Of a stretch of 64,000 nt of DNA, positions 38,406-48,421 are shown piece by piece. The first letter of the stretch is position 1. Each line of letters opens with the position of its first letter. The DNA is from Candidatus Methylomirabilia bacterium (GTDB lineage Bacteria; Methylomirabilota; Methylomirabilia; Rokubacteriales; CSP1-6): NCBI GenBank assembly GCA_041496385.1, contig JBGQEL010000002.1:1-64000 (forward strand), given 5' to 3'. Under the pieces are notes generated by a model that worked only from the letters and a program-made list of their open reading frames with translations, was not told where the DNA came from and searched no databases. Position numbers and translations under genes: made by a program.

Positions 38406-39077
38406 TCAGCCGAGGTGCCGCTTCAGGAACTCCAGAGTCCGGGTGCGCGCCAGCGCGGCGCTCGCCGCGTGATAGCTCCCGCGCTCGTCGCAGTTGAAGC
38501 CGTGGCCCGCCGGGTAGACGTGCATCGGCAGCGACGGCTGGGCCGCCCGGATCCGGTCGTGGTGCTCCGTCGGGATCGACTGGTCCGTTTCGCCGAAGTG
38601 GAGCACCACGGGACATTTCGGATGCTCCTGCGCGGTGTCGGCGATGCCGCCGCCGTAGTAGCCCACCGCGCACGCGACGCCGTCGATGCGCGTGGCCGCG
38701 AGCCACGCGAGCGTACCACCGAGGCAGTAGCCCACGACGCCCACCTTGAGGCCCTCGGCCGCCAGCGCCTTCACGGCGGCCCGCACGTCCTGGACCATGT
38801 CCTCCAGCTGGATCTTCATGCGCACCGCGCGCCCGCGCTCGATGTCCTCGGGCTTGTAGCCGATCGAGAACTCGCGCTCGACCCGATCGAAGATGGCCGG
38901 CGCCAGCGCCACATAACCGTCCGCGGCGAAGCCGTCGGCGACCTTCCTGATGTGCGTGTTGACGCCGAAGATCTCCTGGATCACGACGACGCCGCCGCGC
39001 GGCGTGCCTGCGGGGGCCACGCGGTACGCGGCGAGCCGGTGGCTGTCCTCTGCGGTGAGCGTGAGCATCTCGGCCAT
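38406..39077 (-). CDS. dienelactone hydrolase family protein
   Basis: QEIFGVN, GYCLGG, AGHGFNCD. Confidence 0.92.
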   Translation of the reverse strand: MAEMLTLTAEDSHRLAAYRVAPAGTPRGGVVVIQEIFGVNTHIRKVADGFAADGYVALAPAIFDRVEREFSIGYKPEDIERGRAVRMKIQLEDMVQDVRAAVKALAAEGLKVGVVGYCLGGTLAWLAATRIDGVACAVGYYGGGIADTAQEHPKCPVVLHFGETDQSIPTEHHDRIRAAQPSLPMHVYPAGHGFNCDERGSYHAASAALARTRTLEFLKRHLG

Positions 39078-39156
39078 GGTCTCCCTCCCGGGTGTCGTTT
39101 GGTGTCGGGTGGGGCTAAGATACGCGAGACTCGGCGGCATGCAAGGAGGTCGCGAG

Positions 39157-40242
39157 ATGGACCAGCAGAGCCAGAACCCGACGCCGCGCGAGCGCGTGTC
39201 GGCGGCCTACAAGGGCGGCCGCGCCGACCGCGTGCCCGCCTACCCGATCGCGGGTTCGTTCGCCGGCTGCCTCGACGGCCTCTCGATCGAGGAGTACTGC
39301 ACGAATCCGACCAAGGCCGCGAAGGCGATGCTGAACTACTACGAGCGGTACCAGCCCGACATCATGATCGCCTTCAACGATCTCGCCAAGGAGGCCGAGG
39401 CGCTCGGCTGCCGCGTGAAGTACTCCGACTACGTGGTCCCCTCGATCGACACGCACATCCTCCAGGACGATAAGGGCCGGCTCGCCCGCCTGGAGATCCC
39501 GGATCCGCGCAAGGACGGCCGGCTGCCGGCCTTCCTCGAGCAGTGCGAGGCGCTCTCCGCGGCGAAGCTCCCGAGCCCGCTGGGCGCCGTGCTCGTCGGG
39601 CCCTGGACGATCGCGATGCTGCTGCGCAACCCCGAGATCATGTGCCTCGACACGATCGACGACCCGGCGTTCGTGCACGCGCTCATGCGCTTCTCGACCG
39701 AGTACGCCAAGCGCTGGGGCGATGCGGTGCTGGCGACGAAGATCGGGCTCTCCTATACCGATCCGACCGCCTCGTGCTCGCTCGTCGGGCCCGAGACCTA
39801 CCGCGAGTTCATCAAGCCCTACCACCGGGAGATGGTGGACTACTTCCGGGCGAAGAAGGTCGGCACCACGATCCACATCTGCGGCACGACCCATCAGATC
39901 CACGAGGACCTGGTGGACGTCGGCTTCGTTGCGATCACGATCGACCTCGACCAGCAGGCGGACCCGCGCCTGAAGGTCGACCAGCTCGACAAGCTCGTCA
40001 CGCTCGGCAACGCGCGGGGCGTCGTCGCCGTCGGCAACGTGGACGCGACGATCTTCGAGCGGGCCACGCAGGCGGAGATCGAGGCCGAGGTGCGCCGCTG
40101 CATCGACACGGTCGGGCCGCGCTCGCGCTTCGTCCTCTCGACCTCGTGCGAGCTTCCGCCGCGCGCGAACCCCGACTGTGTGAAGTGGTTCATGGACGCG
40201 GCGCGCGAGTACGGGCGCTGGGAGCGCATCCTCGCGTCGTGA
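39157..40242 (+). CDS. URO-D/MtaA-CmuA methyltransferase-like protein
   Basis: DRVP, EAEALGC, GPWT, HICG, GNVD, LSTSCEL. Confidence 0.82.
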   Translation: MDQQSQNPTPRERVSAAYKGGRADRVPAYPIAGSFAGCLDGLSIEEYCTNPTKAAKAMLNYYERYQPDIMIAFNDLAKEAEALGCRVKYSDYVVPSIDTHILQDDKGRLARLEIPDPRKDGRLPAFLEQCEALSAAKLPSPLGAVLVGPWTIAMLLRNPEIMCLDTIDDPAFVHALMRFSTEYAKRWGDAVLATKIGLSYTDPTASCSLVGPETYREFIKPYHREMVDYFRAKKVGTTIHICGTTHQIHEDLVDVGFVAITIDLDQQADPRLKVDQLDKLVTLGNARGVVAVGNVDATIFERATQAEIEAEVRRCIDTVGPRSRFVLSTSCELPPRANPDCVKWFMDAAREYGRWERILAS

Positions 40243-41213
40243 GCGTCGCCGTCTCGCTCATGCCGCTCGAGCACCGCCGCGAGACCATCCTGCGCCTCGC
40301 GACGGGCGCCGACCGGCTCGGTCTCGACGGCGTCTTCCTCCCCGAGACGTGGTCCTACGACGCCACGGTGCTCCTCGCCGAGATCGCGGCCCGCACCGAG
40401 CGCGTCGGCCTGGGCTCGGGCATCCTCGGCGTCTGGGGACGGAGCCCGGCGCAGATCGCGATGGCCGCCGCCACGCTCCACGACGTCTCGCGCGGGCGCT
40501 TCACGCTGGGGCTCGGCGCAAGCACCCGACAGCTCACGGAGGGGCTCCACGACGTGCCCTTCACCGCCCCGGTGCCGAAGCTGCGGAGCACCGTCGCGCA
40601 GGTGCGCGCGCTCCTCCGCGGCGAGCGGGTCCCGCTCGAGGCGATGCGGGACGCGCGGCCGCTGAAGCTGAACTTCCCGCCCGCCCCCGCCGTGCCGATC
40701 TATCTCGCCGGGCTCTCCGACGCGACCGTGCGGCTCGCCGGCGAGGTGGCGGACGGCTGGATCCCGTTCCTCTACCCGCGCTCGCGGCTGCGCGAGGCCG
40801 CGGCGCTCCTGCGCGCGGGGGCCGCGCGCGCCGGCCGCGCGGCCCTGCCGCCCATCGCGCCGTCCATCCCCGCGGTCATCGCCCCGGACGCCGCCGAGGC
40901 GCGCAAGGGCGCCGCGTGGTTCGTCACCTTCTACCTGACGTCCATGGGGCCGTTCTACCCCGACACCATTTCGCGACTCGGCTTCGCGAAGGAAGTCCGG
41001 GCCGTGCAGGCGGCCAACACGACCCGCGGCTCGGCGATCGTCCCGCCCGAGGCCGAGGCGCTCCTCGAGGAGCTGACCGTGTACGGCACGCCGGCCGAGG
41101 CGCGGGTGCGGCTCGCGCGCTGGCAGGAGGCTGGCGCCGCCCTCCCGATTCTCCTGCTGCCGCCGAACCTCGACGCCAGGCAGCTCGACTTCGCGCTCGA
41201 CGCGCTCCGCTGA
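40239..41213 (+). CDS. LLM-class oxidoreductase (Mer-like)
   Basis: 'GRFTLGLGAS', 'PIYLAGL', 'AGEVADGW'; GTGA overlap with the upstream gene. Confidence 0.85.
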   Translation: MSVAVSLMPLEHRRETILRLATGADRLGLDGVFLPETWSYDATVLLAEIAARTERVGLGSGILGVWGRSPAQIAMAAATLHDVSRGRFTLGLGASTRQLTEGLHDVPFTAPVPKLRSTVAQVRALLRGERVPLEAMRDARPLKLNFPPAPAVPIYLAGLSDATVRLAGEVADGWIPFLYPRSRLREAAALLRAGAARAGRAALPPIAPSIPAVIAPDAAEARKGAAWFVTFYLTSMGPFYPDTISRLGFAKEVRAVQAANTTRGSAIVPPEAEALLEELTVYGTPAEARVRLARWQEAGAALPILLLPPNLDARQLDFALDALR

Positions 41214-41303
41214 GCCGGCGCGCGGCAGGGAAGATCACGGTAGAATATCCGCCGCGGGAGCCCGGCGTGGTGGTCGATCGCGGGCGCTCCGCAAGGAGAG
41301 ACC

Positions 41304-41579
41304 ATGAGAGCGATGCTCGTGCTGGTCACGGCCCTGTTCCTGGCGGGCTGCACCCTCGACCTCGAGGCGGCGAAGTGGACGAAGCCCGCCATGATGGCTC
41401 AGCAGGTGACGGCGAGCGAGATCGAGTGCGCGCGCCAGACGTTCGAGATCGGACCCGGCCCCGATCTCGTCGTGGGCGGGCTCGTAGACGTCGGCCGCCT
41501 CTTTCTGCTCGAGACGCGGCAGGCCCGCGCCTTCGACGCCTGCATGATCTCGCGGGGCTACGCGCGGGTCGGCGAGTAG
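41304..41579 (+). CDS. small putative lipoprotein
   Basis: LAGC lipobox; C...CMISRGY tail; AAGGAG RBS. Confidence 0.75.
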   Translation: MRAMLVLVTALFLAGCTLDLEAAKWTKPAMMAQQVTASEIECARQTFEIGPGPDLVVGGLVDVGRLFLLETRQARAFDACMISRGYARVGE

Positions 41580-41583
41580 GATC

Positions 41584-42120
41584 GTGCTGACCGCCGCCGA
41601 GTTCATCCACGCCGAGCTCGGGCGCCTGCACCGGGGGCTCGACCGCGCGCTCGACGGGCTCACCGGAGAGCAGCTCCACGCGGTGCCGGGCGGCCATCCG
41701 AAGGCCAACACGATCGCCTGGGGGCTCTGGCACTACGCGCGGACCGAGGACAACGTCGCGCGCTACGTGATCCAGGACCGGCGGCCGACGGTCTGGATGG
41801 AGGGCAAGTACGCCGAGCGGCTCGGGCTGCCGCCGGTCGCGCAGGGGACGGGGATGTCCGTCGAGGAGGCCCACGCGCTCCGCGTCAAGGACGTCGCGCT
41901 GTTCAAGGACTACATGCAGAAGGTCTGGACCTCCACCGACGAGCTCTTCGGCCGCGCGGACGCGGCGCTCCTCGAGAAGGCCGTGACGATCAAGCCGCTC
42001 GGCGACATGACGGCGCTCCGCGCGCTCGGCCAGGTCGGGCTCACGCACGGCATGACCCACCTCGGCGAGATCGAGCTCGCCCGGACGCTCGTCGGCGCCG
42101 GGCCGGTGCTCGGCGCGTAA
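41584..42120 (+). CDS. DinB family protein
   Basis: 'NTIAWGLWH', 'HGMTHLGEI'. Confidence 0.82.
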   Translation: MLTAAEFIHAELGRLHRGLDRALDGLTGEQLHAVPGGHPKANTIAWGLWHYARTEDNVARYVIQDRRPTVWMEGKYAERLGLPPVAQGTGMSVEEAHALRVKDVALFKDYMQKVWTSTDELFGRADAALLEKAVTIKPLGDMTALRALGQVGLTHGMTHLGEIELARTLVGAGPVLGA

Positions 42121-42136
42121 CCGCGAAGCCCCGCCG

Positions 42137-43150
42137 ATGCGCGCCGCCTTCTATCAGGGGTCGCGGACGTTCACGACCGGGCAGGCGCCGATGCCGGTGC
42201 CCATGCCGGGCGAGGCCCTGCTGCGCGTCCGGCGCGTCGGCATCTGCGGCACCGATCTCCACATCTTCCAGGGCCACCTCGATCACCGGGTGCCGAAGGG
42301 CGGCGTGATCGGCCACGAGACCTTCGCCGAGGTCGTCGAGGCGCCGGCGGCGAGCGGCGTCCGGCCGGGCGACCGGGTCGTCTTCGAGCCGCTCTCGTTC
42401 TGCGGCACGTGCCGCGCCTGCCGGATGGGCGCGACCTATCTCTGCTACGGCCTCAAGATCATCGGCGTGGAGCTGCCGGGCGGGATGCGCGAGTACTGCA
42501 CGGTCCCCGCGGCGCGCCTGCTGAAGGTCCCCGACGCGCTCTCCGACGACCACGCCGCGATGATCGAGCCGCTCGCCGTCGCGGCCCACGACGTCGCGCG
42601 CGCCCAGGTCAAGGCGGGCGACGCGGTCCTGGTCCTGGGCGGCGGGCCCATCGGCGCGCTGATCGCGCTGGTGGCCCGTCACCGCGGCGCCCGCGTGGCC
42701 GTGGCCGAGCTGAACCCGTTCAGGATCGACATCCTCGAATCGCTCGGCCTCGAGACCGTCGGCCCCGACATCGACGTCCTGCGCTTCACGAACGACTGGA
42801 CCGGCGGGACGGGCGTGGACGTGGCGTTCGAGGTCACGGGCAACCCCGCGGCCGCGCGCCTCGTCACCGACGTCGTGCGCGTCTGGGGGACGATCAGCAT
42901 CGTCGCGATCCACGCCGAGCCGATCCCCGTGAACCTCTACCAGATGTTCGCCCGCGAGCTCGTCATGCACGGCAGCCGCCTCTACGCGCGCGAGGACTGG
43001 GAGGAGGCGATCCGGCTCGCCGCCTCGGGCGCCATCCCCGTGGCGCCGCTCGTGACGCGGACGATCCGCCTCGAGGAGCTGCAGCGCGGCATGGAGGAGA
43101 CGCTCGCGGGCGCGCCCGTCATGAAGGTCCTCGTCGACGTCACGGCCTGA
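42137..43150 (+). CDS. zinc-binding alcohol dehydrogenase (MDR family)
   Basis: CGTDLH, GHE, CxxCxxC...C, GGGPIG. Confidence 0.92.
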   Translation: MRAAFYQGSRTFTTGQAPMPVPMPGEALLRVRRVGICGTDLHIFQGHLDHRVPKGGVIGHETFAEVVEAPAASGVRPGDRVVFEPLSFCGTCRACRMGATYLCYGLKIIGVELPGGMREYCTVPAARLLKVPDALSDDHAAMIEPLAVAAHDVARAQVKAGDAVLVLGGGPIGALIALVARHRGARVAVAELNPFRIDILESLGLETVGPDIDVLRFTNDWTGGTGVDVAFEVTGNPAAARLVTDVVRVWGTISIVAIHAEPIPVNLYQMFARELVMHGSRLYAREDWEEAIRLAASGAIPVAPLVTRTIRLEELQRGMEETLAGAPVMKVLVDVTA

Positions 43151-43151
43151 G

Positions 43152-46139
43152 ATGACGCGCCGCCGCCGCGTCCTCCTGGTCGTCGCCGCCGGGCTCGTCG
43201 TCCTGGGCGCCGTCGGCCTCGCCGTGCTCCCCGAGATCGCGCGCCGGGTCGCCGAGACCCAGCTGGCCAAGCTCACCGGGCGCGCCGTCGTCATCCAGGG
43301 CGTGGACCTGAACGTCTTCACGGGCCGCCTCGCCGTGAAGCGCTTCCGCCTCGCGCAGCGCGAGGGCAAGGACGCGGCGATCGAGTTCGAGCGCCTCGAG
43401 GTCCGGGTGGGGCTCCTCTCGCTCCTGACCTCGAACGTGCGCGTGCGCGAGCTGACGCTGACCCGGCCGACGATCCGCGTGACGCGCACCGGACCCGCGG
43501 AGTTCGATTTCTCCGACATCCTGGCGCGCCTCCCGGCCGCCGATCCGAACGCCAAGCCCTCGACGCGGGCCGTGACCGTCGAGCGGCTCACGCTCGCGCA
43601 GGCCACGGTGCTCGCGCGGGATCAGGCCGTCACGCCGGCGGCGGAGTGGCGCGTGGAGGACCTGGGCGTCGAGCTCCAGAACCTGACGACGCGCGAGGGC
43701 GCCGGGCCCGGGCATCTGGAGGTCGCCCTCAAGCTCAACGGCGCGCGGATCGCGGTGAAGGACGGTGGCGTCGCGCTCAAGCCGCTTGCCTTCTCAGGGC
43801 GCGTCGCGGTCGACGGCTTCGATCTCGCGGCGGCCGTCCCCTACATCCCGCCAGGGCTGCCCGCCGCGCCGCGCGCCGGACGCCTCACGGCCGGGCTCGA
43901 CGTCGCGCTCGAGAAGGGCGCCGAGGCGCTCGGACGGCTCCGCGTCGCCGGCGAGGTGAAGCTCGAGGGGCTCGAGGTGATCCAGACGGGAGGGGCGGCG
44001 CCGTTCCTCGTCCTGCCCCGGCTCGCCGTCGCGATCAAGGAGGCGGACCTCGTGGCCCGCTCGATCACCGTCGCGTCGGTGGAGCTCGACGGCCTCGACC
44101 TCAAGGTGGCACGCGACGCGAAGGGCGTGATCGATCTCCTGGCGCTCGCGGCGACGCCCGCCGGGGACGCGCCCGCCGCGCCGCCCGCTCCCGCGCCGGC
44201 CGCCGCCGGGCCCACCGCCCAGCCGGCGCCGCAGCTCCAGCTCAGGATCTCGGACATTGCCCTGCGCGGCTCGAAGGCCGCATTCACCGACGCGATGGTC
44301 GCGCCCGTCACGACGCTCGTGCTGACCAACCTCACCGCGCGCGTCCGTGATCTCACCTGGCCGAGCACGGCGCCCGCGGACCTCGAGGTGGCGACGACGC
44401 TGCCGGGAGGCGGCAAGCTCGAGCTGAAAGGCCGCGTCACGCCGCTCCCGCTCGACCTCGAGATCGTGACGTCCATGCGCAACGCGCCCATCAGGCCCTA
44501 CGCCGCGTACATTCCCGTCAACGCGGCCTTCGCCGGCACCTTCAACGGCGACAGCCGCTCGCGCGTCCGGATCGCGAACGGCGCGTTCACGGCTCAGTCC
44601 AAGGGCACGAGCTGGATCGACGGCCTCGAGCTGCAGGCTCCCGGCGAGACCACGCCGGCCGCGCGCCTGGAGCGCGTCCGCCTGGACGGCATCGACTTCG
44701 CCTGGCCGCAGCACGCCAAGGCCGCGAAGGTCACGGTCACCAAGCCGGAAATCCGCCTGGAACGTGACGCCGACGGCACGATCAATCTGCGCAAGCTCTT
44801 CGAGCCGCGCTCCGCGCCCGGTGGGGGGACTGTGGGGGGCACGGCTGGGCTCGGAACTACACTCGCCGCCGCACCCCCCACAGTCCCCCCACCGGGCGCG
44901 GCGTCGGCGGCGACTGCATCAGCGGAGAAGGAGAAGAAGTCGACGCTGCCGCTCGCGGTCGAGCTCGGCCAGATCGTCGTGGAGGACGGGTTCGCGCGGT
45001 TTCTCGACCGGACGACGACGCCCGCGTTCTCCGAGACCGTGTCGCGTCTCAACCTCACGATCGACGGGCTCTCGAACGAGCCGGGCCGGCGCGCGAAGCT
45101 CACGATGCAGGGCATCGTCGGCGGCGACGCCGCGCTCGACCTGCGCGGCGAGATCGCGCCGCTGGGCGAGCTCTACGCCGACCTCGTCGGCGAGCTGCGC
45201 GACTTCTCGCTGCCCAGCGTGAATCCCTACGCGGAGAGCTTCGTCGCCTGGTTCCTGCGCAGCGGCAGGCTCGGCGTCCGCATCCACTACCGCGTCGAGA
45301 AGGACCAGCTCACGGCGGACAACGAGATCATCGTGCAGAACCTCACGGTGGCGCCCTCCCAGCAGCACGAGGACGAGGTGAAGAAGCGGATCGGCCTGCC
45401 GCTCGGGCTGATCGTCGCCCTCATCACCGACTCCAAGAACGGGATCAAGTTCAACGTGCCGATCTCGGGCCCGCTCGCGCAGTGGCAGGTGGGCATCAGC
45501 GACGCGATCTGGGCGGCGATCAAGAACGCCGTCGTCAACATCGTCGCCGCGCCCTTCCGCGCGATCGGCCGGCTCTTCAAGGGCAAGGACGACACGGTCG
45601 AGGAGCTGAAGGTCGAGCCCGTGACGTTCGCCGCGGGGAGCGCGGTGCTCGCCCCGGCGATGGAGCGGCACCTGACGCAGGTCGGCGACTTTCTTCGCAA
45701 GGCGCCCCTCATCAAGCTCGGGCTGGCCCCGGTCCTGACGGCGCGCGACAGCGACAGCCTCCGGGCGCAGGAGCTGACCGCGCGCCTCCAGAAGCTGCAG
45801 CAAGAGCGCGGGCTCGCCGACTACGCCGCCGCGGTGACCCTCGACCTTCGCGAGCGCCTCCCCGAGGTGCCGCTGCCGGAGAAGGCCGAGGAGCAGCTCG
45901 CCCTGCTCCGTGCGCGCGAGCCGTTGCCGCCCGCGCGCCTGGCCGAGCTGCAGACGCGCCGCCTCGACGCCGTGCGCGAGGCCCTCGTGAAGGTCGAGGG
46001 TATCCCGGCCGACCGGCTGATCGCCGCCGGCGACGCCCCGGCGACTGCCGCGCCCGCACCGCCGTCCGCGCCCGCGCCATCGGCGTCGGCGGCGGCCGAC
46101 GCCGTGGACGGCCGGATCGAATTCCGCATCGCGAACTGA
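43152..46139 (+). CDS. DUF748 (AsmA-like) envelope protein
   Basis: N-terminal membrane anchor, repeated beta-rich segments, 'LPLGLIVALITDSKNGI', 'VAAPFRAIG'. Confidence 0.82.
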   Translation: MTRRRRVLLVVAAGLVVLGAVGLAVLPEIARRVAETQLAKLTGRAVVIQGVDLNVFTGRLAVKRFRLAQREGKDAAIEFERLEVRVGLLSLLTSNVRVRELTLTRPTIRVTRTGPAEFDFSDILARLPAADPNAKPSTRAVTVERLTLAQATVLARDQAVTPAAEWRVEDLGVELQNLTTREGAGPGHLEVALKLNGARIAVKDGGVALKPLAFSGRVAVDGFDLAAAVPYIPPGLPAAPRAGRLTAGLDVALEKGAEALGRLRVAGEVKLEGLEVIQTGGAAPFLVLPRLAVAIKEADLVARSITVASVELDGLDLKVARDAKGVIDLLALAATPAGDAPAAPPAPAPAAAGPTAQPAPQLQLRISDIALRGSKAAFTDAMVAPVTTLVLTNLTARVRDLTWPSTAPADLEVATTLPGGGKLELKGRVTPLPLDLEIVTSMRNAPIRPYAAYIPVNAAFAGTFNGDSRSRVRIANGAFTAQSKGTSWIDGLELQAPGETTPAARLERVRLDGIDFAWPQHAKAAKVTVTKPEIRLERDADGTINLRKLFEPRSAPGGGTVGGTAGLGTTLAAAPPTVPPPGAASAATASAEKEKKSTLPLAVELGQIVVEDGFARFLDRTTTPAFSETVSRLNLTIDGLSNEPGRRAKLTMQGIVGGDAALDLRGEIAPLGELYADLVGELRDFSLPSVNPYAESFVAWFLRSGRLGVRIHYRVEKDQLTADNEIIVQNLTVAPSQQHEDEVKKRIGLPLGLIVALITDSKNGIKFNVPISGPLAQWQVGISDAIWAAIKNAVVNIVAAPFRAIGRLFKGKDDTVEELKVEPVTFAAGSAVLAPAMERHLTQVGDFLRKAPLIKLGLAPVLTARDSDSLRAQELTARLQKLQQERGLADYAAAVTLDLRERLPEVPLPEKAEEQLALLRAREPLPPARLAELQTRRLDAVREALVKVEGIPADRLIAAGDAPATAAPAPPSAPAPSASAAADAVDGRIEFRIAN
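44812..44901. repeat. in-frame palindromic element, copy 2 (34-bp arms, 22-nt loop)
   Basis: Arms 44812-44845 and 44868-44901 pair at 32/34; loop contains GCTCGGAACTACACTCGC (44849-44866). Confidence 0.87.
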
Positions 46140-46144
46140 GCCCG

Positions 46145-46867
46145 GTGTCCCCCCACTGGGCGGCGGGCGCCCTCATCATCGCCGCGGCGAGCCTCGTCAT
46201 GGGGCTCGCCGGCTTCGGCATCGGGCTGGTCTCGCTCGCGTTCCTGCCCTACATCATGGCGCCCGCGGACGCGATCGTGCTCATGACGCTCTACGCGGCG
46301 GTCGGGGCGCTCGCGATCTTCGTGCCGGTGCGCCGCGACTTCGCGCCCCGGCGCGTGGCCGACCTCGTGCTGGGCTCGGTGGTCGGCACGCCGCTCGGCG
46401 TCTGGACGCTCGCGAGCACGCCCGCGAGCGTGCTGAACCGGCTCATCGGTCTCATGCTGCTCGTCGCCGTCGCGCTCGAGTGGCGCGGCCTCTACCCCGA
46501 GAGGCTCGCGGGCCGCGGCTGGGGCCTCGGCGCCGGCGTGCTCGCGGGGGTGATCGGCGGCGCCGTCGGCACGCCGGGACCGCCCGTCGTCCTCTACGCC
46601 ACGACGCAGGGCTGGAGCCCGCGGACGATCAAGGCGAACCTCCAGGCCTTCTTCATCGTCAACCAGGTGGTGATCCTGGTGGGCTACTGGTGGGCGGGGC
46701 TCCTCACGCGCGAGGTCTGGCGTCTCGCGGCCGTCTACGCGCCGCCCGCCATCGCCGGCGTGGCCGCGGGAATGGCGCTCTTCACCCGGATCGATCCTGT
46801 CCGCTTTCGGCGAGTCGTCTTCGGGCTGATCTTCGTCTCGGGCCTGGTGCTGCTCGCGCGGGGCTAG
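46145..46867 (+). CDS. TauE/SafE sulfite exporter family protein
   Basis: 'GLAGFGIGL', 'GTPLG', 'GTPGPP'. Confidence 0.85.
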   Translation: MSPHWAAGALIIAAASLVMGLAGFGIGLVSLAFLPYIMAPADAIVLMTLYAAVGALAIFVPVRRDFAPRRVADLVLGSVVGTPLGVWTLASTPASVLNRLIGLMLLVAVALEWRGLYPERLAGRGWGLGAGVLAGVIGGAVGTPGPPVVLYATTQGWSPRTIKANLQAFFIVNQVVILVGYWWAGLLTREVWRLAAVYAPPAIAGVAAGMALFTRIDPVRFRRVVFGLIFVSGLVLLARG

Positions 46868-46870
46868 TCG

Positions 46871-47365
46871 CTACCGCCGGGGCGCCGCGCGCCACGCGGC
46901 CACGTTCGCCTCGATCTGCCGCGCGTGCACCTCGAGGTGCTCGGCGTAGATCCTGAGCCACTCCTCCGCGGTGTACCGGCCCGACTCGGTGTGCCGGCCC
47001 ACGCGCGCCCACGCCTCGTCGCCGAGGCGCCGGATGAGCGCGGCCGTGTTGGCGCGGACCGCGTCGACCGTGGCGAGCGCGGGCTCGAGCGGGGCCGCGT
47101 GGTAGTCGAATTCGCGCGCCCACTGCTCCTGGTCGTAACCCTGGACGACGGGGTCCTTCTCGGCGAGCACGTAGCGGATGCGCGCGTAGCTGTTCGTCTC
47201 GGAGTCGGCGCAGTGACAGACGACCTCGTGCGCCGACCACTCGCCCGGCGCCGGACGCCACGTCATCGCCTCCGCGGGCACCGTCGCGAGCGCGGCGCGC
47301 AGGCGCGCGGGCCCGGCGGCGTACTGGGCGATCAGCTGCTCGCGCTCGGTCCTGGACAGGGTCAT
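46871..47365 (-). CDS. DinB family protein
   Basis: 'WSAHEVVCHCAD', 'HLEVHARQI'. Confidence 0.85.
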   Translation of the reverse strand: MTLSRTEREQLIAQYAAGPARLRAALATVPAEAMTWRPAPGEWSAHEVVCHCADSETNSYARIRYVLAEKDPVVQGYDQEQWAREFDYHAAPLEPALATVDAVRANTAALIRRLGDEAWARVGRHTESGRYTAEEWLRIYAEHLEVHARQIEANVAAWRAAPRR

Positions 47366-47366
47366 C

Positions 47367-47795
47367 TCAGCCCTCCGCGATCTTCCGCTGCAGCACCTTG
47401 GCGAGCGACGCGGGGGCGAAGCCGAGCTGCAGCAGCGCCTGGCCCTCGTCGAAGTACTCGCGATAGTCGGCGATCCGTCCGTCGGCCAGCTCGAAGACGC
47501 TCATGCCGCGGAAGCGCACCTTGCGCCCGGCGCTTCGCGGCACCGCCTCCGTGACGACGTAGCCGAAGCTCCACTCGGCCGCGGCGCGGCGGCCGTCCTC
47601 GACGACGGTCTCGAACGTCCAGGCGTAGTCGCGGCCCTCGCGAAACATGCGCTCGAACATCGCGCGCAGCGCCGCGTGCCCCGTGTGGCGTCCGAAGAAC
47701 GTGTCCGTATAGCTCCCCGCCGGTGCCCACAGCGGGACGAGGGCATCCACGTCCCGGCGGTTGAAGGCGCGCTCGAAGTCCCGGACGACGCTCAC
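47367..47795 (-). CDS. SnoaL/NTF2-like protein
   Basis: 'AFNRRDVDA', 'GRIADYREYFD'. Confidence 0.85.
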   Translation of the reverse strand: MSVVRDFERAFNRRDVDALVPLWAPAGSYTDTFFGRHTGHAALRAMFERMFREGRDYAWTFETVVEDGRRAAAEWSFGYVVTEAVPRSAGRKVRFRGMSVFELADGRIADYREYFDEGQALLQLGFAPASLAKVLQRKIAEG

Positions 47796-48421
47796 GACGC
47801 CGGGCTCCCGGCGACGAGCCAGCCCATCTCGGTCCGTTGCCGGCGCTCGAACGCGGCGATCGCGGCTTCCTGAGAGAGCGTGAGCGCGATCTCGTCCTGG
47901 CCCGTCAGCAACGCCTGCTTGCGGAACGGATCGACCTCGAAGGGGTGCGCGACACCGTCCGGGTCCGTCACCGTCTGCGTCTCGAGATCCACGGCGAGCG
48001 CGGTGCCGGGGCGCGCGTGGAGCTGACGCCGGAGACCGGCGACGGCCGCGGCGGGCAGGATCACGGGCAGCAGCCCGTTCTTGTAGCAGTTCTGGTGGAA
48101 GATGTCGCCGAGGCTCGGCGCGATCACCGAGCGCACACCGTAGGCCTCGAGCACCCAGACGGCCATCTCGCGCGAGGACCCGCAGCCGAAGTTCTCCGCG
48201 ACGACCAGGATGTGCGCGCCGCGGTAGGGCGCCTGGTTCAGGACGAACTCCGGCCGCTCCGAGCCGTCGGCGTCGAAGCGCACGTCGTGGAAGAGGAACC
48301 CCGCATAGCCGGGCGTCGCCCGCGGCTTGCGGAGGAAGCGCGCCGGGATGATACGGTCCGTGTCCACGTTCGGCAGGTCGATCGGCGCGGCGACGGCGCT
48401 GAGCCGCGTGAACGGCCGCAT
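47792..48421 (-). CDS. leuD: 3-isopropylmalate dehydratase small subunit
   Basis: NVDTDRIIPARFL, NFGCGSSRE, KNGLLP. Confidence 0.9.
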   Translation of the reverse strand: MRPFTRLSAVAAPIDLPNVDTDRIIPARFLRKPRATPGYAGFLFHDVRFDADGSERPEFVLNQAPYRGAHILVVAENFGCGSSREMAVWVLEAYGVRSVIAPSLGDIFHQNCYKNGLLPVILPAAAVAGLRRQLHARPGTALAVDLETQTVTDPDGVAHPFEVDPFRKQALLTGQDEIALTLSQEAAIAAFERRQRTEMGWLVAGSPAS

